Positions 39,388 to 53,544 are shown, numbered from the stretch's first letter. The stretch is 64,000 nt of DNA from Octopus bimaculoides (GCF_001194135.2 NC_068982.1:164014827-164078826), one strand, 5' to 3'. Translations and numbers: made by a program. Notes: generated from the letters alone by a model not told the origin.

Positions 39388-40216
39388 GCTGTGCTGAATT
39401 GATATTTTGTGTTTATAGCTTGAGTTCTAGCAAGGTGGTTAACTTGAAATAAAATATAGAGACAACGTCTTTACGATATCACTACGGACCAATGGCTTAA
39501 ATACCATTCTAGAACGTTATGTAATTATCGATAACGACAGCTTATGTTACCCTCGTTGATGCATCGTTTGAACAATTATTATGTATATACCTTCATTGGT
39601 GAACTACAACAATTGGGAATGATTCAGTTCGTATTTTGTCTTAATTTGATACTTCAAATAGCCACCCAAATTAACTTTGGCAATTCAGTCATGTATATAA
39701 AAAATAAAAATGCTTTATTGATGATTGTTATTTTCCTTGACACCGTTCCACAAAACACTATGTTGTATATCTACCTACCTTGAACCGAATCATTTCCCTT
39801 AACAACAGAGTGACATTGATTAAATCTTGACGCTCATGAATTATGCACTAGTCATACAAGGTTTAAGTTATTGACAGTAGAGTGTTTTTGGTGCAAACCG
39901 TTATACTAGTGGTAGAGGAGGTATAAAGAATAAATAACGAATAAGAAGTAACAGCTAAGATGGGAGATCGAAAATTTTTTTACTAGCACTCACCTCTGTG
40001 CATTATGAATATGTTATATCCTACAAGTTTATTCGTCATTTTTAGTCACTTTACTTTTATATGTAGCTATTCAGGAAAGTATATTTTTGTCCAATGATTT
40101 TTCTAACTTCAATTCCTACGATCTATCAGTAAAATATCCTTCTATTGTATAAGGTGGCTCAAAAGTCCTTTCAGCATGAATAGGAAGCGATTAATTGCCA
40201 ATTTCAGTAGAGTCTC

Positions 40217-40580
40217 TTAACCCTATGAAGCCGCGAATACGCTTCAGCTGTAGCTGGAACAGTTTCGTTTGAACGTTTCTGTGAATAAGCGATCTGAAAA
40301 CACAAAGCCATTGGGCCATCTGTTATCGCCTCTTCGAGAGGTATAGTCAAACGAAATCGCACATGCAAAGCGCATTCGCAGTTTCACAACGTTATTGCGG
40401 GTTTTGTATCTTTCGCCGTCCTTTACAATTCCCATTTTCCCACCACCGCATTCATCACATCTTTACTGCATTCCTTATCTCTGACACCAATCTCCTGATA
40501 AACTTCCTGGGCTCAAGAAATTTAAGATGGCCAGTGTACTGCTTCCTTTTTTACACCACTTTTTGTCGGGAATAACCGAA
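40217..40580 (-). mobile_element. 3' end of a fossil piggyBac-type transposon
   Basis: TTAA-CCCT terminus at 40217-40224; minus strand gives RCDECGG...RYKTR then, after a frameshift, CETANALCMCDF, matching the piggyBac C-terminal cysteine-rich domain (RC..C....TRY.C..C...LC...CF..YH). Confidence 0.6.
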
Positions 40581-40685
40581 TAGCTGTACTATAGTATCTC
40601 GAGATATTTGAACAGGATTATCTTTATATTGTGGCATTTTTATGTCAATGAATACTCTTGTATGTTTTAATTATGACATTTTACT

Positions 40686-40717
<32 letters not shown>

Positions 40718-41599
40718 CGTGTGTGTGTGTGTGTGTACAAATATTCTAAATATATATATTTATACACACACACACACACACACACATACATACATACATG
40801 CATATATATATACATATACACACACGCACGCACACGCACACGCACGCACACACACACGCACACACACACAAACGGAATTATAATAGCTTCAAAGAGTAAA
40901 ATGTCTATACATTATTTAAATGCTAAATTAAGGATTCCTTAATTGCTCTGTTGAATGTTGTCGTTGTCTATAGAGGTAGTGTGAGGTTATTTAAGGTACT
41001 TATGCGTTGTCAGTTACGTAGGTCTACCACACACACCTAGGTGCAACGATTCGAAGTATCGATCCTCCAATTGACCGATTGACAACCATTACGATTCGAC
41101 TAGTTGCCTATTCTCTTCTACTCGATTCATCTTTACTATTTGGCAAATTCAATGAGATATACTTTGTTACAACATTTTATGACAAACAACTTTATTAGAC
41201 ATGATATATCAAAATAAATGTTTTTCAAAAAATAAATGCACTCTATAGACATGGACAAACAATACATCATTGTTAAAAATGAACGATAACACACGTTATT
41301 ATATATACTAAAGTGACGTTCGTAATTGATCAGATATAAAAGAGAGGTATAGTTGAGGTGTCTTTGAACATATAATAGGAGACACAAAAGACGTTTGAAT
41401 ATCGGTTTTATGTCTGAAGAATGTTCATTTAACATAGGCAGTTGTTAATATTGTTCGTTTAACTTTTCTCATATTAATTACAACTGCGTCAAATTGCTGT
41501 CAAAATATAAACAGTTCAACGCAGAAAAAATATCAAAGACACTGTATAATTCATTTTTGAAATTGGCACATATGCTATAATTTGGGTATATTATATTGG

Positions 41600-41732
41600 T
41601 TTCAAATTTTGGCGCAAGGCCAGCGGTTTCGGGTGAGCTGGTTAGTTGATTACATCGACCCCAGTACTCAAATGATACTTATTTTATCGACCCTGAAAGG
41701 ATGAAAAGCAAAGTCGACCTCTGCGGAATTTG
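41600..41732 (-). mobile_element. SINE family A, head-truncated
   Basis: ttggtttcaaattttggcgcaaggcc...atcgaccccagtactc...gaaaggatgaaaagcaaagtcgacctc. Confidence 0.85.
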
Positions 41733-42493
41733 GGTATATTACATTGACAGCACTTCATATATTAAATCCTCGAGGTTGACAGACAACGTTGGTGTTAGTA
41801 GAATTTAAACTAAAAACTTCAATAACTTAAATACGACAAGAATTTTAATGTTGCGTTACATTGTTTTTGAATACCCGCCGAAATCTTTGCTTTATGAAAT
41901 ATAAACCATTTATAAATGATCGATTAATTTGAAAGACGGAAGCCATTTCCCCCAAATATTCTAAAAGGGTGTCTTGTAATGCTTATACCAGTCAATTATC
42001 ACCAAAAAAAGTTGTGAGATTGTGATCAAAGAATGGAAAGGTGAGGCTTTGCAGTGCTGTAGGTTTTCTTTCTTTTCTTTTTTTATTGTAAGTAAACGGA
42101 AAGTACTAAAACTGGTAGGGGTATAGTCAATGGAATCAACTTTCGTTTATTATTTGAACTTATTTCACTGATACGTGTGTGTGTGTCGAAGTTAGTTAAA
42201 TAAGGAGAATTTGACACAGAGCATACTGAAACGAAACTGCTGTTTAGGTCGGAAGATATTTTCATGGATCCAAGACCACAAATTTATTAGTATTGGAAAG
42301 TATCCAGTTCATTGATTTAAATCTGCTGTAAGGTTTGGTCCTAATTTATATTGTGGACCTCTTTGCAAAGAAATGCATATTTGACATGGGTAACGACTGA
42401 GCAGTAGTTGAACATTAAGATCGTTTCTCTTTCATTTGTACTTTTTAAAGAGTCTTGCTTTTAAAAGTGTGCGTGTGTGTGCGAATGAATATT

Positions 42494-42694
42494 GATTGCA
42501 AACTTTGGCGCAAGGCGAGCAAGGTCGGGGGAAGGGGCTAATCGATTCCATTGACCTCAGTACTCAACTGGTGCTCATTTTATCGACCCAGAAAGGGTAA
42601 AAGGTAAAGTCGACCTCGGCGGAATTTGAACTGAGAAGCTAAAGACGGACAAAATGCCCGGGTTGCCAGCGATTCTTCCAGATCGCCGCCTTAG
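42494..42694 (-). mobile_element. SINE family A with a 15-bp TSD
   Basis: gtg(c/t)gaatgaatatt at 42479-42493 and 42695-42709. Confidence 0.88.
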
Positions 42695-44969
42695 GTGTGA
42701 ATGAATATTAACGTATATGTATTGGAATGCTAAAGAGTGTTAAATAGATGATATTGATGTGAAGGCAGTATATTCTAACCAGTGTCTCATTTCATCTTTG
42801 ACAGTGTCCCAGATTTGGGCAGATATCCGGGCTCTTCTGCATCGTTTTGGTACATTGCATGCTGGCACAGACCGGTAGTCGCTTAAATCGATTCCTGAAT
42901 TTCACTGATACGCTATGGCATCGACCCTGGGAGGATGGAGTCAAATGACCTCATAACGTAAAGAATCGGAGCAAAAGCTGCAAGACATTTCGTCTCCACC
43001 GTTTTAAAAAGGAAGAACATTGAGATACGAAAGTAAATGCTGCAGGATGTTTAAATCTGTGTACTTCTCCTTCAATCAAATCCATCACCCTAGCAACTGA
43101 ATTAATGATTTAGTGAAATGTTTCAGTCTGAATAAGTTTTTAGTCTTGATATTTGAAATGGAAATATCTCAGAAATTCTCTTAGCTATTGTTTAAATATT
43201 GGAACTGAACACAGGAAATCAATAACGTGGTTTATATGAAATGGAATTAAAGAATAAATATGATTTTTTGCACCGAAGATAACAAATTAAATTGTTGATA
43301 TTTAAGTTCTTAATAATTCCTTGGTTTTTCTTTTGGACTATTTAGCTTGTTGTCTTACAGCAAGAGATGTTCTATTGATTAAGTTGCGTATGTAATTGTT
43401 TTGTCAGACTATATGTGTCTCTATAGCTTAATATATGTGTGTGTGTATCTCAACGGTTGTATTTATATAGTTATGCGTGCTTGTGCGTGCGTATGCATGT
43501 AATTAACATATGTAAATACTTGTGTTATTGTTATATAAGTGTATTTGCGTGTATAGTTGAGTGTACGTCACTGATTACAAGAGTGGCGTCGAGTGATGAT
43601 AGCGTATATGTGAGCATGTAAATTTACATATATGTGCTTCTGCATTGTCCTATATGTGACTGTGTGTTTGAATATATGTGTGAGTGTACATGTGACTAAT
43701 AGAACTGCATATCTGAAACTATATAACTGGCTGTATGTACGTGGTTTATGTTAAATAATGTGTTGTAGATGTGAGAATACGTTCGGTTGGTTATGTACAG
43801 CTTCGCTGATAGCCGTCTGTAAGTGTATGTTCGTGCGCAAGTATCTATATGATTCTCTCTCTTACACACCATTTCCATGTATGTGTGGCTGCATAAATGT
43901 TACGATAGCTGGGAATATTTCATTGTCTATGGTGTAAAATTATGTCTTGCAAGATGCATGATTAGATATGTGCGTGGATGTGTGTTGCTACGAGTATTTG
44001 CAGAATAGTGTCTGGATGCAAATGGTTGCGAATATTGGGTGAGCGTGGTACGTGCTATTACATACGTGTATATGTATATGTGTATGTTCTTCGTGGAACT
44101 ATATGCAGTTTATTGAGTGCTTGTACGTGAGTCTGCAAGCATGCCTGTATGTCGAGTGTTCACGATTGTTCGCACGTGTGTATTTAACGGATGGAAGACT
44201 AATCGTATCTGGTTAAGAGTGCGTGTATTTATGTGTGTATAACGATGTGTGCTAATTGTTTGTATATAATACTTCCCAGCATATCTTTAGTAATGTTCAG
44301 AAGAAGACAAGAATGGAACGATTACGTAATGGATTATTTATACTAGAAAATAGAAGCTTTATGAAGAGTTATGTAAATCAGATCGGGATAGCGATAGCAG
44401 ATATATGAATGAAATCAACTAGCGTTTTCGGCATTCGACAAGCATTAATATGAATTATTTTGTCTAGATTCATCGAAATAAACTTACCCAGTCTGTCTGT
44501 TAAGAAATCCAGTAAATATAATTAATAATTTCCGTACAGTATGAATGAGAGTAACTCAGTTTAAAGTTTAAAAAAATATATTTAAACTTTGAGATCTTAA
44601 GGAGACGAATAAGAGAGATATGATGTGATGCAGCAGCGATTTTGTTTTCATTTTCTATCAATATTTTTAATTATTTATGCTAAAACGCATCCATGAACGA
44701 AGTGGAGCGAAATTGCTTCAACTTGAAATTGAAATCAAGGATATTATCTTGTCTTTCAAAGAATTTATATCTATTCGAATATCTGGAGTAATACAAACAT
44801 TATCTGACGAAAATATGATAATACAGAATTAGCGGGACTTGTGCTTAACTAAATTGCTGAACCTCTTATATTGGTTGGCGTCACTAGAAATGATACAAAG
44901 ACGATAAAAGCTTTATTAACAACAATTCCTTCTTGCAGCTAAAAATGAAATACCGCGATTAGAAACTAA

Positions 44970-45098
<129 letters not shown>

Positions 45099-46226
45099 GA
45101 AAGACTGAGAACTGGATTTGTGATGAATTGCTGTGGGTGGTAGAAACAAAGTATAATTGACAAGAAATCATTCTGTGTGTAGTGTTAAGCCTTCAAATTT
45201 CAAGAAGCACATCGCACTGAGGAAATAGGTTATGTTGCAACAGAAAAAATGTTGAACTTCATAAAACCCATCTTCCAGTTTAGCAATCCGGCTTCCCTTT
45301 TGAGTGCTTTCATCATCATCATCAATACTCCGAATTATTACCATCAAGTACACAATAGAAAGACAAAGATGTTTTGTTCTTCGTATTTTTTGGTGGCTTA
45401 GCACTATAACCAATCCAATCCACTGTAAATTCGAGTCATTGGTGTTAGAGCAATATTAATATCTAACTTTGCGCATGACCAGAAATTAGTGGATAAACGT
45501 TATAGTCTATAGTGTCATTTACATCACCACTTGACTGATACTATATTTTATTTATAAGGATATGAAAAGCAAAGTTCATAACAGTTGGATTTGATCTCAA
45601 AACCTAAGTTCAAACCTCATCAACATCGACTTTACCTTCGCTCCTTAGCAGGACTGACAAGTGTTTCTTTTGCTAGCTGTTAGTGTTGGCCTTTTATTTC
45701 CGCACAACAAAGGTCTAAATTCAATTCTATCTCCTATCACAACTACTACGACTGCCACGTCGATTTCCCCAGCAGGAAGGCTGAGAGTAACGAGCATATT
45801 TTTTATATTTTTAGACATACGTTAGACCTACAGTTCTAGGATTCTCGGTGCAGCTGTGACTGCAAACTTGAAAATAGATTCGTGGGAAAGAGGGAATGGC
45901 ATCAATATTATTTTTGTCTGCTACAAGTTGACTGCTCCTCATTCAAAACCAAATACGGTTGATTTTGTGCCAAACAAAACAACCAACAGTCTAAAAATGT
46001 GTGCCATGTTACCGAGAACTGTGATAGAATCTAATCAGTCAAACTATTTGGAAAAGAAATCTTGTAATCAATAAGACAAGTTCAACTGGAAAGCAATATA
46101 TATTGTCGAAGTAAGCTTTGATGTTTCACTGATATCAAATATGATAAGAGGAATAGAGGATGCCAGGCTGATTGACTTGGGAGATATCGGGGAAGATTGC
46201 TAATTGATTTTTTACTCTCTTTGCGA

Positions 46227-46262
<36 letters not shown>

Positions 46263-46276
46263 NNNNNNNNNNGCGA

Positions 46277-46315
<39 letters not shown>

Positions 46316-46787
46316 CAGCTACACATAAACACGCATATATGCGTATCTGTGCATGTGTGTATGAATATATATATATATCGTAAGGGGTGGGGGGACTGTA
46401 ATGATAATATAACGTAACTTAAATTTACGCTGTATTTCTTTGTAAAAGGCTATACATAAATATATATTTATGTATACACAAACACACACATATACACATA
46501 CATACACACGCACATATATATATATATATGATATGCATACATATATAGAGAGATGGATATACGCGTGTGATGTCTCTGTCGATATATATATATATATATG
46601 TGTATATCTATATGTGTGTATACGTAGATATGCGTATAATTATATATATATTCATATATATTCACACATAAAAATAGAAGCACACCTGTGGCATGTATGT
46701 ATATATATCTCTGCGTGTGTTCCATGCGCGTGTACATGTGTAAGTCTATTTGTATATTATACATATATGTACATCCATGTATATACG

Positions 46788-46841
<54 letters not shown>

Positions 46842-48093
46842 AGAATAAGGGCAGAGAATCGTCAATTAATAATAGAATTAATAATTAACAATTTTGCCAA
46901 GCAGTTCAGCATGAAAAAAACCTTTATCGGTAAAACTATTTATCATAATAAATATNNNNNNNNNNNNNNNNNNNNNNNNNNNNNNNNNNNNNNNNNNNNN
47001 NNNNNNNNNNNNNNNNNNNNNNNNNNNNNNNNNNNNNNNNNNNNNNNNNNNNNNNNNNNNNNNNNNNNNNNNNNNNNNNNNNNNNNNNNNNNNNNNNNNN
47101 NNNNNNNNNNNNNNNNNNNNNNNNNNNNNNNNNNNNNNNNNNNNNNNNNNNNNNNNNNNNNNNNNNNNNNNNNNNNNNNNNNNNNNNNNNNNNNNNNNNN
47201 NNNNNNNNNNNNNNNNNNNNNNNNNNNNNNNNNNNNNNNNNNNNNNNNNNNNNNNNNNNNNNNNNNNNNNNNNNNNNNNNNNNNNNNNNNNNNNNNNNNN
47301 NNNNNNNNNNNNNNNNNNNNNNNNNNNNNNNNNNNNNNNNNNNNNNNNNNNNNNNNNNNNNNNNNNNNNNNNNNNNNNNNNNNNNNNNNNNNNNNNNNNN
47401 NNNNNNNNNNNNNNNNNNNNNNNNNNNNNNNNNNNNNNNNNNNNNNNNNNNNNNNNNNNNNNNNNNNNNNNNNNNNNNNNNNNNNNNNNNNNNNNNNNNN
47501 NNNNNNNNNNNNNNNNNNNNNNNNNNNNNNNNATATATATGATATATATGTATGTATACACACAGACATATATATATATATATACACACACATATGCACA
47601 CATACTTATGTATGCGCTTGTATGTGTGAGTGTGTAAGTTGTGCGTATGTGGAGCGAATAAATAAAGTATTCCAGAGATAATTTACTCGTAGCTTTACGA
47701 ACATGAAACCATTATTCAAACAAATAAGCACATCTAAGTATCTACTTTAAAAGTGAAACGGTAAAAATTTAAGGTTTTTTGATGCTGTCGAATACTGCAC
47801 ATATGCTATAAAACAAGAAATAAAGGAAGCAAGTGCAGTGTCCCTTGGGCAACAGGTTTTCATCAGAGAATTGCTTTGAAACTGTGGTTACCGATACAGA
47901 CTGTTTATTACTAGTTTGCTTCGGCAAGACAGAAATACCATTTTAACAGAGGGAAAGCTGAGCAGCAGTATTTATGGCGACCATTCTTGTTTCTGTCTAT
48001 AAATTAATTCGGATGACTTTATCTAGGAATCGAAACCATGAATTAAACTCCACTCGCAGTAAGCATTATTTTTAATTCATAACTCTCATACTA

Positions 48094-48450
48094 GGCGTAG
48101 CTGTATGGTAAGAGACTTGCTTCCCAACCGCATGGTTCCGGATTCAGTCCCACTGCGTGGTACCTTGAGCAAGCGTCGTGTACTATAGACTCGGGCCGAC
48201 CAAAGCCTTGTGAGCGGATTTGGTAGACGGAAACTAAAAGAAGCTTGTCGTATATGTATATACTTATGTATGTGTTTGTACTCCACCATTCGCTTGAGAA
48301 CCGATGCTGGTGCGTTTACGTCTCCGTAACTTAATGGTTCAGCAGAAGACACTGGTGGAATAAGTTCAAAGCTTACAAAGAATAAATCCTGGGGTCGATA
48401 TCTTCGACCCCAGAATGGATCCAGTTAAATGACTGAAAAAATAAAAGAAT
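48094..48450 (+). mobile_element. SINE family B
   Basis: Collinear with 12924-13305. Confidence 0.88.
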
Positions 48451-48505
48451 ATTTAATTGATGATAATGTATACAGTAAAGACAAAATAAACGAANNNNNN
48501 NNNNC

Positions 48506-48710
48506 CGAAAGGCACAAGACCTGAAATGTTGGGGAGGGAAATAGTCGATTACATCGACCCCAGTATTTCACTTGTACTTAATTTATCGATCCCGAAAGGA
48601 TAAAAGGCAAAGTCGATGTCAGCGGAGTTTGAACTCAGAACGTAAGGACAGACGAAGTATTGCTAAGCATTTTGCCTGGCATGCTAACGATTCTGCCAGT
48701 TTGCCGCCTT

Positions 48711-48793
<83 letters not shown>

Positions 48794-49200
48794 CAACAAC
48801 AGCAACAATAATAATAATCCTTTCTACTATAGGCACAACGCCTAAAATTTGGGGTGCGATGGTCGAGTACATCGACTCAGTACACAACTGCAACTTATTT
48901 TATCGACCCGAAAACAGGATGAAAAGTAAAGCCGACCTCAGCGGAGTTTGAACTCAAAACGTGAAGACGGACGAAATATCACGAAGCATGTTGCCCGAGG
49001 CAGCTTGGAGGAGGTGGGGATGAGTCGATTACCTCGACCCCAGTGTTCAGCTGGTACTTATTTTATCGACCCCCCCCGGAAGGATGAAAGGCAAAGTCGA
49101 CCTCGGTGGAATTTGAACTTAGATATAGATCGTAAAGCCGGAGGAAATGCCGCGAAGCATTTTATCCGGATTGCTAACGATTCAGCCATCTCACTGCCTA
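48506..49200 (-). mobile_element. Three tandem SINE family A copies with an (AAC)n(AAT)n tract
   Basis: Copies at about 48506-48710, 48830-48990 and 49005-49200; microsatellite at 48711-48815. Confidence 0.85.
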
Positions 49201-49234
49201 AATAATAGTAATTATAATAACAATGCAGCTGATA

Positions 49235-51815
49235 ATAGAACAAGGAAGATGAAGTGGACCATCGAAGAAAACAGGATAGTGATACAGAGCTACTTAGAAA
49301 GTGAACCTTCAAGTAGGGGGCTGTAGAAAATGGATGTTAACAATTTGGGTAGAGAAGGGTACGTTTAAAGTGATTGAGCAGAAATTAGTCGATCAAGCTA
49401 ATGCTATTTGAAGAAGAAAGCGAATGACAGAGTTGGATGGGGAAGAGATCACAAAAGAACTGGAAAAGAAAGACGAGGCAGTGGGAAAGACAGACAACAA
49501 CATAAGAGATACAGCTCAAACCAAAGAAGAGCCTAAAAGAAAAAAGTTATAACAGCGCTACCAATATGGAGGGGACAACTGGCAGCAACGACTTAAGTGA
49601 TTTAAGTGAGGAAGATCGGAAGATTTTAGATGAGTTGCAGGAAGTAATGAGTGAAGAAGTAAGAAAAAGATTGCCAGCATTAAAAGGCGCCAACAGAAGG
49701 AAGCTGCTAGAAATGACTAGGAAAGTAGATTCTATTATCAGTTGGATAGATACTAAAAATATAGGAGACACTAATTTACTGATCTATGCAGGAGGGGTAG
49801 TAGTGACCAGAAGATTAAATATTTCACAGGGAAAAATTAAAAAGGGCAAATGTGGAAAAGGAGACTACAAAATCAAGTGAAGACTTTAAGAAAAGTTCTG
49901 AGTAGAACAAGCCTGGAAAACAAACAAGTTAGAGAACACAAGATGCAAATCTTGCCTCGAGGAAAGATACTTAGTCAAAGAGAAAGGATTTGGGACAATA
50001 ATAGAAGAGTTGAAACAGAATATCATAGCAGTAGCAGGAAGACACTCCAGATATCAGAAAATAATAGATCAGTATCAACAGAATAGATTATTTGAGACAG
50101 ACAAGAGGAAATTTTATAACCAAATATATAGTGGAGAACGAAGTACTGAAGATGAGAACCCTAATGCAGAGGAAGTTAGAAAGTTCTGGAGTAGTATTTG
50201 GGATAAACCAGTCAATCATGATGGAGATGCAGTATGGATAAAGAAAGTGAGGGAAGAAGCAGTGAGTGAGAAGCAGCCAGATCTAAGATTAACTAATGCA
50301 TTAATGAGTAAAGTGTTAGGAAAAATGTCGAATTGGAAGGGCTCAGGACCAGATTTAGTTCAAAGGTACTGGCTAAAGAAATTCAGTAGTTTACATGAGA
50401 GGCTGAAGGAACAACTTCAGGATTGCCTTAATGGAGGAATAATACCAGATTGGATGACTAGAGGGAGGACAATACTCATCATAAAGGATAAGAGCAAGGG
50501 TAATACAACTAGCAACTATAGACCAATCACTTGCTCACCATCAGTGTGGAAGCTGTTAACTGGAATGCTTTCAGAAGACATTTACAAGCACCTTGATAAC
50601 TAGAATTTACTATCAGAAGAACAGAACGGTTGCTGGAAGAAGGCTAAAAGAAGGCTATATAGACAAAGCGGTTCTAAATGAAGTAAAAGTCAGAAAGAAA
50701 AATGTAACAATAGCATGGATAGATTATAGGAAAGCCTATGACATGATCCCACATTCATGGATAAGTGAATGTTTGAGTATATTCAGTAGAGCAGATAACG
50801 TAAGAGAATTAATTAGCTTTAGCATGAAGAAATGGAAAGTAGATCTCTACTCAGGTGACACACTCTTAGGGCAAGTTAATATCAAACGAGGAATTTTCCA
50901 GAGGGACTTGTTGACCCCTCTAATATTTGTTTTATGTTTGATCCCGCCACAGTTTAGTATTAAGGAAGGCAAAGGTAGAGTATCAGTTCAGAAATAGTAA
51001 TGGCAAAATTAACCATTTGCTCTCCATGGATGATCTGAAGCTTTTTAGTAAGAATGAAAAAGAGCAGATGGCCAAACATTAAAATCATTGAAAGGAGGAG
51101 AGAGTTATAAGTATCTAGGAGTATTAGAATCTGACAGAGTACTAACTACAGAAATGAAAACGAAAACTGAGAAAGAGTACATCAGAAGAGTGAGGAAGCT
51201 AATGAAGTCAAAGCTAAATAGTTCAAATCTAGGGAAGGCTGTAAATACTTAGGCAGTATCGTTACTTAGATACTCAGCAGCTTTTGTAGATTGCACAAAA
51301 ACGGAATTAGCAAACCTAGACTAAAGAAATAGGAAGGAATTCAATATGAATGGAGGACTCCGTCGCAGGGCAGGAGTAGCAAGCTTATACCTACCTAGAA
51401 AGGAAGGTGGAAAAGGGTTAATATCAGTAGAAGACTGCGTGGAGTTAGCTAGGGTAGATATAGACTCTTATCTAGGTAATAGTGAAGAAAGTTTATTAAA
51501 AGCTGCTAGAGTTACAGCAAGATATACGGAAACCAAAACACTAAACGAACTTAAACATCAGAAAAAAGAACAGAAATTATCTGACTGGCAGTAGAAGGCT
51601 TTGCATGGTAAATTCCCAAAGATAGTTGCAGCAAATAGTAGCGATGAGACATGTTTGTGTCTGCAGAAATGAAAGCTGAAGAGGGAGACAGACAGTTTGT
51701 TAGTAGCTGCACCAGATCAAGCATTTAGGACTAACTGGATAAAAGCCAAGATACACAAAAAGCAAGTAGATTCCCAATCCAATGTAGATTATGCAAATGA
51801 AAACAGGAAAGCGTT
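49235..51815 (+). pseudogene. R4/Dong-clade non-LTR retrotransposon ORF, decayed and lacking the REL endonuclease
   Basis: N-terminal KMKWTIEEN..SYLESEPSSRG..W...F.V.EQKLVDQA; RT motifs NYRPITC, WIDYRKAYDMIPHSW, RGIFQRDLLTPLIFVLCLIP, NHLLSMDDLKLF (MDD at 51026-51034), YKYLG; then LYLPRKEGGKGLISVEDCV, LHGKF and CRLCK, where it ends. Many stops and frameshifts. Confidence 0.92.
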
Positions 51816-51886
51816 GCTGTTATTGGCCTTTCACAGACCTCATCACTGATCTAGTTTTGTCAGCAGCTGTTATTGGCCTTTCACAG

Positions 51887-52411
51887 GAATCCGCATCCCT
51901 ATCCGAGAGATACAGTAGGCTGTCGAGGTAAGCGGTAAAGTCTACTTCCGTCTCAAATCCAAACCGCTTTTGCGACGTCCCACTATAAAACCGCATAAAT
52001 CTCATGCACCCTTCCCAATCTGTCAAGGTCTGAATTGTGACTCTGCTACCACCTTGTGTCTCTGTAGCCCGTGTCTCTGTAACGAAGGATGTAATATTCC
52101 TTACACAAAGCAATAAATTTGGAACAATAGTAGCAGAATTCAAGTCGGAAGATGTAGCAAGGAGGATGGCCATAAAAATGGTGAAAACGGATGAAGTAGT
52201 TCTTCTACCCATGTATCTTGGAAGAAGGACATCTAGGGTCAAGGTAGAAGGAATACCGCCTGATATGGAAGCGGCTTGGGTGGCGGAGGCTGTACTCCTC
52301 GGAAGTGAGGAAAAGGTGTCTGTTATCCAAGCCACGTCAACTGAAGATGCGGCGTGGAAGGGGAAATCATTGGAGATGAACATTCAAACTGAGAGAGAAA
52401 CACAATTTTGA
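51887..52411 (+). pseudogene. ORF1 (gag-like) fragment of a different LINE, probably rearranged
   Basis: Plus frame DVIFLTQSNKFGTIVAEFKSEDVARRMAIK...LGRRTSRVKVEGIPPDM resembles RRM-type L1/Tx1 ORF1 segments; family not certain. Confidence 0.5.
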
Positions 52412-53444
52412 CTTTTCTCCTTTCAGAGTAGATAAGACAAGTATCAGTTGAACACTGAGGTCGATGTAATCAACTTACACTCCTCTCGCAAGTTGCTGTC
52501 CTTGTGCCAAAACTACTAATCAGTATTATATACACGTATATCTTTATTCCAGTACTCGTCTTCAATGCATAGATGTATGACCTTCATACCTGAAGATAGA
52601 AATAATTATTTTAAAACCACTATTTGGTAATAACCGCCAAACTTGGACACACATTCCCCAACATTTCAGGTCGTGTGGTTTTGTTAGTTACGATATTATC
52701 TATCTGGAATGCTCTCTACTATTCCTTTTGTCTCTCACCACTCTCTCTATCCTTTACTCTCTAAAAAGCAGAACCATTAAAGTAAATAATGCAAAAGTAC
52801 AAACGATCTACCACTTCAGTTAAACCACCGTCCTATGACCTAAAGTCAATTAAATGGTCACAACGGTAGAAACTGGATTAAATGCTTTATGGTATTATTT
52901 TCAAGTCTCTACTTTTAAGTTCAAATCCATTAATCTAAGATGGATCGATAAAATACATATCAATTTTGCTTATTGGTTGATACGGTCGATTATACCACGC
53001 CTTACGTATTTGCTACCGTGTGTTTAATGTAAGAAATCAATATGAACGTAAATAAGGTCAATAGGGCATCCTGCACAATTATTAAAGCATTTTGTTTGCT
53101 ACTTCGATTACTTCGATTTACCCGCTTCAGCATTCACCTAGGCCGTTGTAATTTGGGGGTAAATTAAAGAATCATCAAATCATACATATACTGTGTTGAT
53201 TGATTGCATTATATTCCTAGTCAACAAAAAATCGTCTTATACCTAAGTCATAAATCTATAGTAACACGTTTCTGTTATGAGCAGTGTAAAACGGGTAGAG
53301 ATATTGCAAGTTGCAGTTTTGATTTGGTTCCTATTTATTATTGGAAGTATGTAAAATAAGGTTTATAACAGTTCTATGCATTCAGAATTCGTATATTATA
53401 TATAAGTGTTCCACACACACGCACGCATGCACACACACACACGC

Positions 53445-53514
<70 letters not shown>

Positions 53515-53544
53515 GTATTTTATCACATGCAAATATTTAATATT

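Noticed and set aside
46223-46312. Direct repeat gcgaaacaa(ta)n
   Set aside because: The two copies sit on either side of a 10-N gap, typical of overlapping contig ends (assembly artefact).
48506-49200. Regularly spaced repeats suggestive of a CRISPR-like array
   Set aside because: The units are ~200-bp SINE copies with variable spacing in eukaryotic DNA; no cas genes and no constant short repeat.
51820-52383. 187-aa minus ORF as an independent gene
   Set aside because: Its first two thirds are the antisense of the plus-strand ORF1-like frame; better explained as a rearranged TE fragment.
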